Source: Candidatus Acidiferrum sp.
GTDB taxonomy: Bacteria > Vulcanimicrobiota > Vulcanimicrobiia > Vulcanimicrobiales > Vulcanimicrobiaceae
Direction: 5' to 3'
Length of the DNA stretch: 64,000 bases
NCBI GenBank assembly: GCA_035571115.1
Contig: DATMKR010000057.1
Location: 4,231 to 68,230 of the forward strand
Part shown: one piece after another, positions 38,264 to 47,310 of the stretch
Position numbering within the stretch: position 1 is the stretch's first letter
Layout of the letters: each line of letters begins with the position of its first letter
Translations under genes and position numbers: made by a program
The notes under the pieces: generated by a model
The model's input: the letters and a program-made list of their open reading frames with translations, nothing else
The model's database searches: none
What the model was told of the DNA's origin: nothing

Positions 38264-39368
38264 GCTTCTCGCTAAAGACGGTAACGCGCGGCGCGGGCGG
38301 CTGCAGCTCGCGCACGGAATCGTGGAGACGCCGTGTTTTATGCCGGTGGGGACGGCGGGGACGGTCAAGGGATTGACGCCGGCCGAGCTGGTGGAAGCGC
38401 AGTCGCAGATCGTGCTTGCGAACACGTATCATCTCTGGTTGCGGCCCGGACTGGAGACGATCGAGCGCGCAGGCGGCCTCCATGCATTTATGGCTTGGGA
38501 ACGGCCAATTCTTACGGATTCGGGCGGCTTTCAGGTTTTCAGTTTGGAGAGCAGGCGTGAGGTCGATGACGACGGCGTCACGTTTCGGTCGCATCTTGAT
38601 GGGAGCGAGCATCGGTTCACGCCCGAGAACGTTGTCGCGTTTCAAGAGGCCGTCGGGAGCGATGTTGCGATGGCGCTCGATGTGTGCGTGAAGCTTCCCG
38701 CGGCGCGTGACGCGCTCGAAGAGTCGGTGCGTCTGACGACCCTCTGGGCTCAGCGCTCCGCCGCCGCGCGCACGGTGCCGGCGACGGCGCTCTTTGGGAT
38801 CGTACAAGGCGGGTTAGAGCCGGCGTTGCGAGAGCGCAGCGCGCGCGAGTTGGTGGCGCTCGATTTTCCTGGGTACGCGATCGGTGGACTCTCCGTCGGC
38901 GAGACGCGCGAGCAGATGTACGCGACCGCACGCGTAACGGCGGCGATACTTCCGAAAGAGAAGCCCCGCTATCTCATGGGCGTCGGGACCGTTCGCGACC
39001 TTCTGGAAGCGATCGATGCCGGGCTGGATCTCTTCGACTGCGTCTACCCGACGCGCTGTGGACGCAACGGACGCGCGATGACTCACGACGGCGAGCTCAA
39101 CCTCTTCAATGCCGCCTTCACGCGCGATTTCGCGCCGGTCGATCCGCGCTGCGACTGCGACACCTGCACGACCTTCTCGCGCGCGTATCTCTCCCATCTC
39201 TTCCGCAGCAAGGAGATGCTCGGGCCGCGCCTGCTCTCGCATCACAACGTGTATCTCGTCAACGCGCTGATGCGCGAAGCACGCGCGGCGATCGAGGCGC
39301 GGGAGTGGACGAACTTTCGGGAATGCCGGCGTGGGTGGCTGGGTCATCCTTCGACAGGCTCAGGATGA
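38256..39368 (+). CDS. tgt: Queuine tRNA-ribosyltransferase
   Basis: Motifs: TDSGGFQVFSL, LFGIVQGG, DCVYPTRCGRNG, and the zinc site CDCDTCTTFSRAYLSHL. The last roughly 8 codons and the stop lie in repeat-derived sequence. Confidence 0.9.
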   Translation: MFELLAKDGNARRGRLQLAHGIVETPCFMPVGTAGTVKGLTPAELVEAQSQIVLANTYHLWLRPGLETIERAGGLHAFMAWERPILTDSGGFQVFSLESRREVDDDGVTFRSHLDGSEHRFTPENVVAFQEAVGSDVAMALDVCVKLPAARDALEESVRLTTLWAQRSAAARTVPATALFGIVQGGLEPALRERSARELVALDFPGYAIGGLSVGETREQMYATARVTAAILPKEKPRYLMGVGTVRDLLEAIDAGLDLFDCVYPTRCGRNGRAMTHDGELNLFNAAFTRDFAPVDPRCDCDTCTTFSRAYLSHLFRSKEMLGPRLLSHHNVYLVNALMREARAAIEAREWTNFRECRRGWLGHPSTGSG

Positions 39369-39380
39369 CATCGACAAGCT

Positions 39381-39795
39381 CAGGATGACACTGGGAGTCC
39401 AAATTCCTCAGCGTCTGCGCGAAGCGCAGTCCTGAGCAAGGCTCCTGAGCTTGGCGAAGGGGCCGAGTCGAAGGGTCAGGATGACACTGGGAGTCCAAAT
39501 TCCTCAGCGTCTGCGCGAAGCGCAGTCCTGAGCAAGGCTCCTGAGCTTGGCGAAGGGGCCGAGTCGAAGGGTCAGGATGACACTAGGAGTCCAAATTCCT
39601 CAGCGCCTGCGCGAAGCGCAGTCCTGAGCGAGGCTCCTGAGCTTGGCGAAGGGGCCGAGTCGAAGGGTCAGGATGACATCGACAGCATGACACTAGGAGT
39701 CCAAATTCCTCAGCGTCTGCGCGAAGCGCAGTCCTGAGCAAGGCTCCTGAGCTTGGCGAAGGGGCCGAGTCGAAGGGTCAGGATGACACTGGGAG
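39381..39795. repeat. Tandem array of a 96-bp unit (4 full copies plus a partial copy)
   Basis: Units start at 39381, 39477, 39573 and 39669, with a partial unit at 39779. Units 1 and 2 are identical. Unit 3 differs at 3 positions. Unit 4 carries a 14-nt insertion. Each unit contains the hairpin CTGCGCgaaGCGCAG and the motifs TCCTGAGCAAGGCTCCTGAGC and GTCAGGATGACAC. Confidence 0.9.
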
Positions 39796-42600
39796 GGCGC
39801 GCACGACGCGCGTGCAATCCGCGCAAATATCGGGATGATCGGGATCCTCGCCGAGCTCCCGGTACTTCCAACACCGCACGCACTTGGCTCCGTCCGCGGG
39901 CAATAACTCGAAGGCTTCCGCTTCGCCCGAGCTCAGCGTCAACTGGGAGACGACCAACGCCTCACGCAGGTTGTCGCCAAGCGCGAGCAGCCGCTTGTAG
40001 ACCGCGGGGGGCACCGTAAGGCGCACCTGCGCCTCGAAGTCGCGCGGCTCCGCCGACGCCGCCACTCGGGCGCGCAGGGCGCGCAGTTGGCGCCAGAGCA
40101 CGAGGTCGCTTTCCGCGGCAGCGTTTCGGGACCGGTTTACATCGAAGGAACTGTCGAAAACGCTTTCGGTCCGCTCTCGGCGCCATTGGGGAAGATGCTG
40201 CCACGCCTCCTCCGCGGTAAACGAAAGCACGGGCGCGACCGTCGTGAAAAATCGCGTCGCGATGTAGAGCAGCGCCGACTGTGCGCTGCGGCGGCGTGGA
40301 TCGCCGGCAGCGCGCGAGTAGAGCGGATCCTTGAGCGCGTCGAAAAAGAGGCTCGACATCGAGCTTTCGAACTCGACGATGCGCAGATAGGCATCGTGTA
40401 TCTCGCAGGAATCGTACGCCTCTTTAACGCCGGCGACGAACGCGTCGGTCACGCTGCAGGCAAGCCGGTCGATCGGCTCCATCGCTTCGCGCGCGACGAC
40501 GTCCGCGGCGGAAAGGTCCTCCAGATTCGAGAGCATGAAGCGCATGCGATTTCGCAGGTTTCGGTAGACGCGTCCGACTTGGTCGACGACGTTGGGCCCG
40601 AAGCGCACGTCGTCGATGGGCTCGACCGAGGCAGCCCACAACCGTAAGACGTCGGCGCCCCAGCGGGCCATCGCATCGCTCGCGTCGATGCCGGTTCCCC
40701 GCGATTTCGACATGGGGCGGCCTTCTTCGTCGTTCACCCAGCCGTTCTTCATCACGCGCCGGTACGGCGCGCGGCCTTTGATCGCGACGGCCGTGATGAG
40801 CGAGCTGCGAAACCAGCCTCGGAACTGATCGCCGCCCTCGAGAACGAGGTCGCTCGGCCACGGCATCCCATCGCGTCCCAGCACGGCGAGGTGGGTCACT
40901 CCCGACTCAAACCAAATGTCGACGACGTTCTTCTCTTTTTCGAGATCGCAACCACCGCAGCGCGGACAGACGAAGCCGTCGGGAAGATAGGTCTGCACCG
41001 GATCGCTCCACCACGAACCTGCGCCGGCCTCGGCAAAACGTTTCGCGGCAATGCGCGCCACGCGCGGATCGAGGATCGCCTCGGCGCACTCTTTGCAGAC
41101 TAAGGACGGAATCGGCGTTCCCCACGTTCGCTGCCGCGAAAGACACCACTCGGGATGCGTTTCGATCATCTGCCGCTGGCGCGCACGCCCCCATTGCGGC
41201 GCGTACTCGACTGCGTCGGTCGCGTCGAGCGCACGCTGGCGAAGCAGGTTTTGATCCATCGCGAGAAACCACTGCGCCGTCGCGCGGAAAATCACGGGAT
41301 TGTGACAGCGCCAGCAATGTGGATAGGAATGCTGGTACTCCGCCGCGCTCCACAGCGCACCGCTCGCGCGCAAGTCGTCGACGATGCGCGCATTGGCCGC
41401 GAAAATGTTCATGCCGGCGTAGGGCCCGGCCTCGGCCGTAAAACGGCCGGCCGCATCGACCGGATTGAGAATCGGCAGACCGTATTTCATTCCCGTATCG
41501 AAATCGTCGGCCCCGTGCCCGGGCGCAGTGTGAACTGCTCCCGTCCCGGTCTCGAGGTCCACGTACGGCGCGAGCACGATCGTCGAATCGCGCTCCATGA
41601 ACGGATGGCGCACGGCGAGTCCGTCGAGCCGTTCGCCAAGTGCGCGGCCAATCAGCGTCGCCTCTGCGAATCGCTCGCCCAGCGCGCGTTGCGCGAGCGC
41701 CTCGGCGACGATCAGCATCTCGCCGTCCACGCGATAGAGCCCGTAGGTCGCGTCGGCGCGCAAAGCGATGGCCACGTTTGCCGGAAGCGTCCACGGCGTC
41801 GTCGTCCAGATGAGGAATGAGACTGGGATCGCAGTGTCACCCTGAGCCAGCCTGCCCTGAGCGCTGTCGAAGGGAAGGGCGACACTGCCAGCGCCATCAT
41901 GCTTCGGCGGGCTCAGCATGACACCGAGGATCCGTTCCCGCTGCTCGTCGTTCGCGGCGAAGCGAACGTAGATCGAAGGTGACGTGCGCTGCTCGTACTC
42001 GATCTCGGCCTCCGCCAGCGCCGTCTCGTCGTGGACGCACCAGAGCGTCGAGCGCAAACCCTTATAGATTTGTTGGCGCTCGGCCAGATCGGCAAGCGCG
42101 TTTACGATCGTTGCTTCAAAAGAGGGATCGATCGTGCGGTACGGATGGTCGAGGAAGCCGAAGGTACCCATCCGCCTCCGCTGCTCTCGTTGACGCTCGA
42201 GCCAGTAGAGAGCGCGTTCTTTGCACTGCGCGCGCAGTTCGAGCGGATCGACGGCGTGAAAATCCTTGATTCCCAAATACTTGAGCGTTTCGTACTCGAT
42301 GGGGAGTCCGTGCATGTCCCAGCCGGGAACGAACTTCGCGTACTTCCCGTCGAGCAGTGCGATCTTCACGAACATGTCCTTGAGCACCATGTTTAGGAAA
42401 TGGCCCATGTGCAGCTCGCCGTTCGCATACGGCGGCCCGTCGTGCAAAATCCACGCACCGCTCGGCGCGTTGCGCTCCAAGCGCCGTTCGTACGTACCTT
42501 GCTCGTTCCACCACGCGACGCGCTGCGGCTCTCGCTTGGAAAGATCCGCCTTCATCGGAAAGGCGGTCTTCGGCAGATTCAACGTGTTCCGGTAATCCAT
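39778..42600 (-). CDS. ileS: Isoleucine--tRNA ligase (type 1)
   Basis: Start at MDYRNTLNLPKTAFPMKADL (ATG 42600, TGATG overlap with the csaB stop). Motifs: PYANGELHMGH, WTTTPWTLPAN, KMSKS-like RPMSKSRG, and a C-terminal Zn motif CVRCWKY...CADC. The 124-aa upstream extension in the track (to 42972) is an artefact. Confidence 0.95.
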   Translation of the reverse strand: MDYRNTLNLPKTAFPMKADLSKREPQRVAWWNEQGTYERRLERNAPSGAWILHDGPPYANGELHMGHFLNMVLKDMFVKIALLDGKYAKFVPGWDMHGLPIEYETLKYLGIKDFHAVDPLELRAQCKERALYWLERQREQRRRMGTFGFLDHPYRTIDPSFEATIVNALADLAERQQIYKGLRSTLWCVHDETALAEAEIEYEQRTSPSIYVRFAANDEQRERILGVMLSPPKHDGAGSVALPFDSAQGRLAQGDTAIPVSFLIWTTTPWTLPANVAIALRADATYGLYRVDGEMLIVAEALAQRALGERFAEATLIGRALGERLDGLAVRHPFMERDSTIVLAPYVDLETGTGAVHTAPGHGADDFDTGMKYGLPILNPVDAAGRFTAEAGPYAGMNIFAANARIVDDLRASGALWSAAEYQHSYPHCWRCHNPVIFRATAQWFLAMDQNLLRQRALDATDAVEYAPQWGRARQRQMIETHPEWCLSRQRTWGTPIPSLVCKECAEAILDPRVARIAAKRFAEAGAGSWWSDPVQTYLPDGFVCPRCGGCDLEKEKNVVDIWFESGVTHLAVLGRDGMPWPSDLVLEGGDQFRGWFRSSLITAVAIKGRAPYRRVMKNGWVNDEEGRPMSKSRGTGIDASDAMARWGADVLRLWAASVEPIDDVRFGPNVVDQVGRVYRNLRNRMRFMLSNLEDLSAADVVAREAMEPIDRLACSVTDAFVAGVKEAYDSCEIHDAYLRIVEFESSMSSLFFDALKDPLYSRAAGDPRRRSAQSALLYIATRFFTTVAPVLSFTAEEAWQHLPQWRRERTESVFDSSFDVNRSRNAAAESDLVLWRQLRALRARVAASAEPRDFEAQVRLTVPPAVYKRLLALGDNLREALVVSQLTLSSGEAEAFELLPADGAKCVRCWKYRELGEDPDHPDICADCTRVVRALPVSS
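41819..41925. repeat. Repeat-family copy embedded in frame in ileS
   Basis: The minus strand reads ggtgtcatgctgagcccgcc...cccttcgacagcgctcagggcaggctggctcagggtgacact and encodes GVMLSPPKHDGAGSVALPFDSAQGRLAQGDTAIPVS just before IWTTTPWT. It closely resembles the intergenic copy at 22.9 kb and has inverted termini GTCATGCTGAGC / GCTCAGGGTGAC. Confidence 0.5.
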
Positions 42601-43697
42601 CACTCGTCGTCCAAGAGCTCGCCGAGGACCTCGAAGTTTCGCTCTGCGGCCGCCTGGACAACCGGGAGGCGCTGCGCCAACGCAGCCGAGAGACGATCGC
42701 GCTCGGAGACGAGCCGGTCGACGAGCGCGTCGATCGCGCCGTCGCTCGGGCGCGGTCTGCCTGGAATCCAGAGCGGCTGCAAAGGATAGTCGAGATCCTC
42801 GCAGAGCGCCGTCACTTTCGGATCGTACGGTATGGCGAGAAATGGGACGGCGAAGCGCGCGGCGAGAACCAGCGCGTGCAGACGCATACCGATCGCGAGG
42901 CGAGCGCCCTGTAAAATCGCGGCTGCCTTTTCGAGCGTGCACTCGGGAAGCAGCACGGGCGCCGACGAGCAAGCGCGAATGACGTCGGTCGACAGGGCAG
43001 CATCGGGCGCGCCTCCCAACGGCAAAAAGGCCGCACGCACGTTGTGGCGGTCTGCGAGGCGATCGACGGCCCGCGCGAGGACGGGTATCCCATCCCGGAA
43101 CGATGCGGCCTTTCGCACGCTGATCACGGCATAGGCGCCGCTCTCCGGCCCGAGGCCGTCGGCCGCAAGATCGTCACGCGCTGCAGGCCGGTCGTACAAA
43201 AAGACGGGATCCGCGGTGCGCTCGACCGGCGCGCCGGGCAAGAGATCCTTGAGCAAACGCAGCGACCGCTCGTCGCGCACGGTTGCCCGATCGAGGCCCC
43301 TGCAGAAGCCTCGCACCACCCAGCGCCCCCAAAAATCGAGCGGTCCGATGGATTGAGCGAAGATCATCGCTTTGCGTCCGCTGCGAATCGCTTCGCGCAA
43401 AACCGCAGCGTAATAGAGCAGGCTGCGCAGGCTCGTTTCGTTTTGCAAGAGACCTCCGCCGCCGGAGAGCACGACGTCGGCCCGTCCGATGGCGGTGCGA
43501 ACGGCGCGCCAATCCCATCGAGCCGTCGCGTCGACGCGATAGGCGGCTGCGGTACGCTGAGGTGTTGCCGATAGCACTTCGATCGATGCCGCGGGAAAGT
43601 CACGGCGCAGACGCTCGACGATCACCTCGAGCAGCGCCTCGTCGCCCAAATTGCCAAAGCCGTAATAGCCGGAGATCAGTACGCGCGCCCTTTCGAC
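42600..43697 (-). CDS. csaB: Polysaccharide pyruvyl transferase CsaB
   Basis: Motifs: VLISGYYGFGNLGDEALLEVIVERL, VVLSGGGGLLQN. The start is unresolved: no ATG/GTG/TTG lies in frame between the upstream gene's stop (43727) and the conserved N-terminus. The track ORF to 44351 is an Arg-rich overlap artefact. Confidence 0.75.
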   Translation of the reverse strand, partial: VERARVLISGYYGFGNLGDEALLEVIVERLRRDFPAASIEVLSATPQRTAAAYRVDATARWDWRAVRTAIGRADVVLSGGGGLLQNETSLRSLLYYAAVLREAIRSGRKAMIFAQSIGPLDFWGRWVVRGFCRGLDRATVRDERSLRLLKDLLPGAPVERTADPVFLYDRPAARDDLAADGLGPESGAYAVISVRKAASFRDGIPVLARAVDRLADRHNVRAAFLPLGGAPDAALSTDVIRACSSAPVLLPECTLEKAAAILQGARLAIGMRLHALVLAARFAVPFLAIPYDPKVTALCEDLDYPLQPLWIPGRPRPSDGAIDALVDRLVSERDRLSAALAQRLPVVQAAAERNFEVLGELLDDE

Positions 43698-43726
43698 GGA
43701 GCCTGTCCCCGGCGTGGAAGAAGGCC

Positions 43727-45730
43727 TCAGGACAAACTCCGGCGGTAGAGGCTGCGTCGATAGATCCAGATCAGCGCCGCCCCGACGATCGCGCCCGCGA
43801 CGAGCCCATTGAGGATTCGCAAGACCGAAATCTCGAGCGGGGTGTGCAGGTGCGAAAACGTGTCGATAACGTCGCCAATCCCGACCCCGATGCAGAGCGC
43901 CAAGAGCCAGCCTACCGCGCGCCGGTGCGGCGGCAGCAAGGCCGGCAGTACCATCATGGCGGGAACGCCGATCAAGAACTCCTTGAAGCGAGGACGGACG
44001 CTCAGCGTGGCGGTCAGGAGATGGCGAAACGCGAGCTCGAAGGGCGAAGGCGAGACTTCGCTGTCGTTGCCGCTGCGCACGAGCATCAGCGCGCCGGCGG
44101 CAACGATCGCGATCCCCGCCAAGAGCTGATAGGTCAGGACCGGCGAGAGAAAGACGTCCCGCGGCCGCTCGACGCCCGAGCCGAAACGCCGGTCGAACAG
44201 GTAGAGCGCCAGCGCGATGAGCGGCGGCAGCGCCAGGACGAGCCGGACGCCTCGGAAGCGCTCGATCTCCTCCATTGCCAGCGGCGCGCTCATGACGCCG
44301 ACGACGACGAGCGCGCCGAGCAGCGCGACGCCCGTCGCCGCGAGGGTCCAACCAAGGCTGCGGACGAGCTGAGTGCCGGCGCCGCTCGCGGGCGTTTCAT
44401 TCCAGGCCGGGATCAAAATCAAGATTGCCGCGGTCGCGAAGAGCAGCGCGCCGGCGAGCGCGATGGCGGAGCGCGCGAATGCGTCGTGATGCGTCAGTAC
44501 TCCCGCGAGGTACAGCGCGATCGTCGCGCCGTAAGCGATGACGGCAATTCGACGCCCGTACAAGCCGAAGAATTCGAGCAGCAGCACGAAAATCGACGGG
44601 ACGGCTAGCGCCGCCAGCCCTACCAGAACCCGATTGTTGCCGCGATACGCAGGAATCGGCGTGGCCCGCCCCAGACGAAAACCGCCGGCGCGCAGCTGAT
44701 CCGCGATCTGCTTGACCATTTCGACATTGGTCGCCTCGACCGAAAGATCTCCATCTTGGTGCGCCCACGGACGCAAGTACGCGACTCGGACGTTGCGTTC
44801 GCGAACGCCCAAGACGTATCGCGCGACAACCTCGTCGAGCTTGAGCTTATCCAGTTCGGTTTTCGCGATAGCCTGAACGCGAACCGTCCGGCCGGGAATG
44901 AGCCGCGCAAGGGTGTCGTTGCCCTTCTGCACTTGACTGGGATCGTACGTCTCGATCGACCCGAAGTTGAAGAGGTGACGTTTGAAGGCTTCCGCCGTAT
45001 CCTCCAGATGATCGGGATAACCGGCAACCGCATTGCTCAACCCGGAGAAGATAACCGTCGAGACCTTCGGGTCGTAGGCAAGCACATCGTCGAAAAGCGC
45101 TTCGATCTGCGGCGCGCGAAAACGCTCGTCATTTTGAAAACGCGGAACAACCAGTAGCCCGAGCCGGTGTGCCAGCGCGATTTCGTCCGTTGGGATGCCT
45201 AAGCCGATCGCGTCGAAGTAGTCGATTTGCGTCCGGACCTCGATAAGCCAGGGGCGAGTCGCCCGCAAGACCCGCACGCTCTTGGGGCTAAAATGCAACG
45301 AAAGCTGGGCCAAATAACGTCGATACGTCGAGGAATCCGATACCAGGAGATAGATGGCCCCGGCGTCGACGCGCCGGCCGGCGACCAAGGAGGCCAGCAA
45401 GGGATCGCGGAGCGGGGAGAGTCGCGACTGATTGAGGAGCGCCGCCCCGGTCGTCGCATAAGACTTTCCGTTGTAGCCGACGTTCGCGCCGAGCTCTTCG
45501 GTGAGGGCCAGCGAGGTTAGGCCCGCACGCCGCAGCGCGATCAGGAATGCGGCGGGATTATAGTTGTACGAGCGCGCGAGAGCATCGAGATCGCTGAAAT
45601 CCATGGCGAGTTCGACGCGGTTTGCGTGCGATTCCGTGCGAAGGCGAAATCCCGCGACGGCCAGCGAGGCGATTAGTGCGACGAGCAAGACGACGGCCGC
45701 GTAGCGCGTCCTGGGAGTAAAAAGAGTCAC
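43727..45730 (-). CDS. Large membrane protein, DUF5693-like (csaB-associated)
   Basis: 667 aa with an N-terminal TM helix, a roughly 330-aa extracytoplasmic domain, then about 8 TM helices. The family assignment comes from memory of csaB neighbourhoods and is not verified. Confidence 0.6.
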   Translation of the reverse strand: MTLFTPRTRYAAVVLLVALIASLAVAGFRLRTESHANRVELAMDFSDLDALARSYNYNPAAFLIALRRAGLTSLALTEELGANVGYNGKSYATTGAALLNQSRLSPLRDPLLASLVAGRRVDAGAIYLLVSDSSTYRRYLAQLSLHFSPKSVRVLRATRPWLIEVRTQIDYFDAIGLGIPTDEIALAHRLGLLVVPRFQNDERFRAPQIEALFDDVLAYDPKVSTVIFSGLSNAVAGYPDHLEDTAEAFKRHLFNFGSIETYDPSQVQKGNDTLARLIPGRTVRVQAIAKTELDKLKLDEVVARYVLGVRERNVRVAYLRPWAHQDGDLSVEATNVEMVKQIADQLRAGGFRLGRATPIPAYRGNNRVLVGLAALAVPSIFVLLLEFFGLYGRRIAVIAYGATIALYLAGVLTHHDAFARSAIALAGALLFATAAILILIPAWNETPASGAGTQLVRSLGWTLAATGVALLGALVVVGVMSAPLAMEEIERFRGVRLVLALPPLIALALYLFDRRFGSGVERPRDVFLSPVLTYQLLAGIAIVAAGALMLVRSGNDSEVSPSPFELAFRHLLTATLSVRPRFKEFLIGVPAMMVLPALLPPHRRAVGWLLALCIGVGIGDVIDTFSHLHTPLEISVLRILNGLVAGAIVGAALIWIYRRSLYRRSLS

Positions 45731-45782
45731 GAAGCGAGTGCTTTCGACCAGCAGCGGAGTTTTTCTGCCACCGAATCACAGA

Positions 45783-45805
45783 AGGGCTCGCCATAGGCGA
45801 GCCCT
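45783..45805 (-). terminator. Possible stem-loop terminator downstream of the enoyl-CoA hydratase gene
   Basis: AGGGCTCGCC-ata-GGCGAGCCCT is a perfect 10-bp stem. The downstream U-tract on the minus strand is weak (ttctgtgattc). Confidence 0.3.
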
Positions 45806-45962
45806 CCTGCCGTCGCGTATGCGCGGTTCCCTTTTTGTCGGGCCACGCATACCGGGTGTGGGCGACGCTCGTTGTGTCATCGCGTACGCTCGCTGCCCAT
45901 GAATCGAGTGACGCGGAAGCACGGCCTTCAAGGGTAGCAGATTATTACCTTCAGGGGAAGCG

Positions 45963-46745
45963 TTACCATTTCGGCGCGCGCTTTTCCAGAAATGCGCTGA
46001 TGCCTTCGCGTGCATCGGCCTCGAGCGCGTTTGTGGTCATCACTCCTTTGGTGTAATCGTACGCGGATGCTTGATCTAGATCGACCTGCGCATAAAACGC
46101 CGCTTTGCCGATGCCGACGACCGTCGCGCTAGCCGACGCGATTTCGCGCGCAAGCGCAAGCGTCTCGGCATGGAGGCTCTCCGGCGCAACGACGCGATTG
46201 ATCAACCCCCAGTCGAGTGCCGTCTGCGCGTCGATCGGCTTGCCGGTAAGCAGCATCTCCATTGCGCGCTTGCGCCCGATCGCACGCGACAGCGGCACCA
46301 TCGGCGTACTGCAAAAGAGGCCGATGCGCACGCCCGGAGTGGCGAACGTGGCCTCCCTCGACGCAACGGCGAGGTCGCACGCGGCCACCAGCTGGCAGCC
46401 CGCGGCGGTCGCGACCTTTTCGACCTCCGCGATAACCGGTTGCGGAACGGTCGCGATGCGCGCCATCAAAGCGACGCAGGCGTCGAAGATGACGCGATAC
46501 GTCTCGACGTCGCGGTCGAGCAGTTCGCGCAGGTCGTGACCCGCGCTAAAGGCGGGGCCCTCTCCTCGCAGGACGATGGCGCGAACGGCGGCGTCTTGCC
46601 CGGCTGCGGCCAGCGCGCCCTCGAGCTCACGCATCATACTTAATGAGAGCGCGTTGCGTTTTTCGGGGTGGTTCATGGTGATGACGGCGACCTCGCCGTC
46701 ACGCGCTGCCGTGATTTCGATGTACGCGGGGTTTACCGTGGGCAT
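45963..46745 (-). CDS. Enoyl-CoA hydratase/isomerase (crotonase) family
   Basis: Start at MPTVNPAYIEITAARDGEVAVITMNHPEKRNALS. Also GEGPAFSAGHDLRE. The track extension to 47090 overlaps the upstream gene in another frame. Confidence 0.8.
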   Translation of the reverse strand: MPTVNPAYIEITAARDGEVAVITMNHPEKRNALSLSMMRELEGALAAAGQDAAVRAIVLRGEGPAFSAGHDLRELLDRDVETYRVIFDACVALMARIATVPQPVIAEVEKVATAAGCQLVAACDLAVASREATFATPGVRIGLFCSTPMVPLSRAIGRKRAMEMLLTGKPIDAQTALDWGLINRVVAPESLHAETLALAREIASASATVVGIGKAAFYAQVDLDQASAYDYTKGVMTTNALEADAREGISAFLEKRAPKW

Positions 46746-46750
46746 TCTCA

Positions 46751-47287
46751 CTACCTCGGGGGCGACGGGGATGGCGACGGCGAGGCCGGCGGTGATGGCG
46801 GGGCCGACGGCGAGGGCGCCGGCGGTGATGGCAGGGCCGACGGCGCCGCGGAGGGCATCGCCGCGCGCGCTGCTTTCGCCCACGGCGGGTCGGCCTTCGT
46901 CGACACGCCGTGGTGCAGGGAGGCGCGGCTCTGGGCTGCGTATCGGGAATGCGGAAAGTGCACCTTCACGTAGACGTAGAGCCTCACGGCGTGTTCGCGT
47001 GCAACGTCGCCGGGAAGTTCGGCATAGAGCGCTGCGAGAAGAAGCCCCGTCGACGCGAGCCACGGATCGTTTGGGTAACGCGCGGCCCAATGATCGAACG
47101 AATCTTCCGTTAGAAGCAGCAGATGCTCCGCCTGTTCGGGGAGGAGGTGATGCGTCTCGTATCGCTGCTTGAGCTGCATCGTTTCATAGCGGACGCGCAG
47201 CGCGCTCATATTTAGTTTGCCGAAGTATTCGTCGGCCGGCGCGTTCGTGACGGCAAGTTGGGAGAGCAGGACGACGCACGTAAGCAT
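46751..47287 (-). CDS. Hypothetical protein with a Pro/Ser-rich C-terminal tail
   Basis: 178 aa with a short hydrophobic N-terminus (MLTCVVLLSQLAVTNA) and a PSPPAPSPSAPPSPPASPSPSPSPP tail encoded by a 33-bp tandem duplication. No family recognised. Confidence 0.5.
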   Translation of the reverse strand: MLTCVVLLSQLAVTNAPADEYFGKLNMSALRVRYETMQLKQRYETHHLLPEQAEHLLLLTEDSFDHWAARYPNDPWLASTGLLLAALYAELPGDVAREHAVRLYVYVKVHFPHSRYAAQSRASLHHGVSTKADPPWAKAARAAMPSAAPSALPSPPAPSPSAPPSPPASPSPSPSPPR

Positions 47288-47310
47288 GTCCGGCTTTACC
47301 CACGCCGCGG

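Noticed and set aside
39259-39498. A 79-aa ORF on the minus strand running through the tandem repeats (contains LSLSKDD and LRFAQ peptides).
   Set aside because: It is a translation of the repeat array itself and overlaps the tgt 3' end, so it is a classic spurious repeat-derived ORF.
39381-39795. Possible CRISPR array.
   Set aside because: The 96-bp units are directly tandem with no unique spacers, the unit is far longer than a CRISPR repeat, and there are no cas genes in the window.
42601-42972. N-terminal extensions of real genes in the track: ileS to 42972, csaB to 44351, enoyl-CoA hydratase to 47090, leuB to 33797, pgk from 25113, gpmI from 27018, sulfotransferase from 53134, phosphoesterases to 10805 and 58754, and 13081-13608.
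   Set aside because: The extensions overlap the upstream gene, are Arg-rich, and lie before positions where the conserved N-terminus or a signal peptide with a sensible start codon begins.
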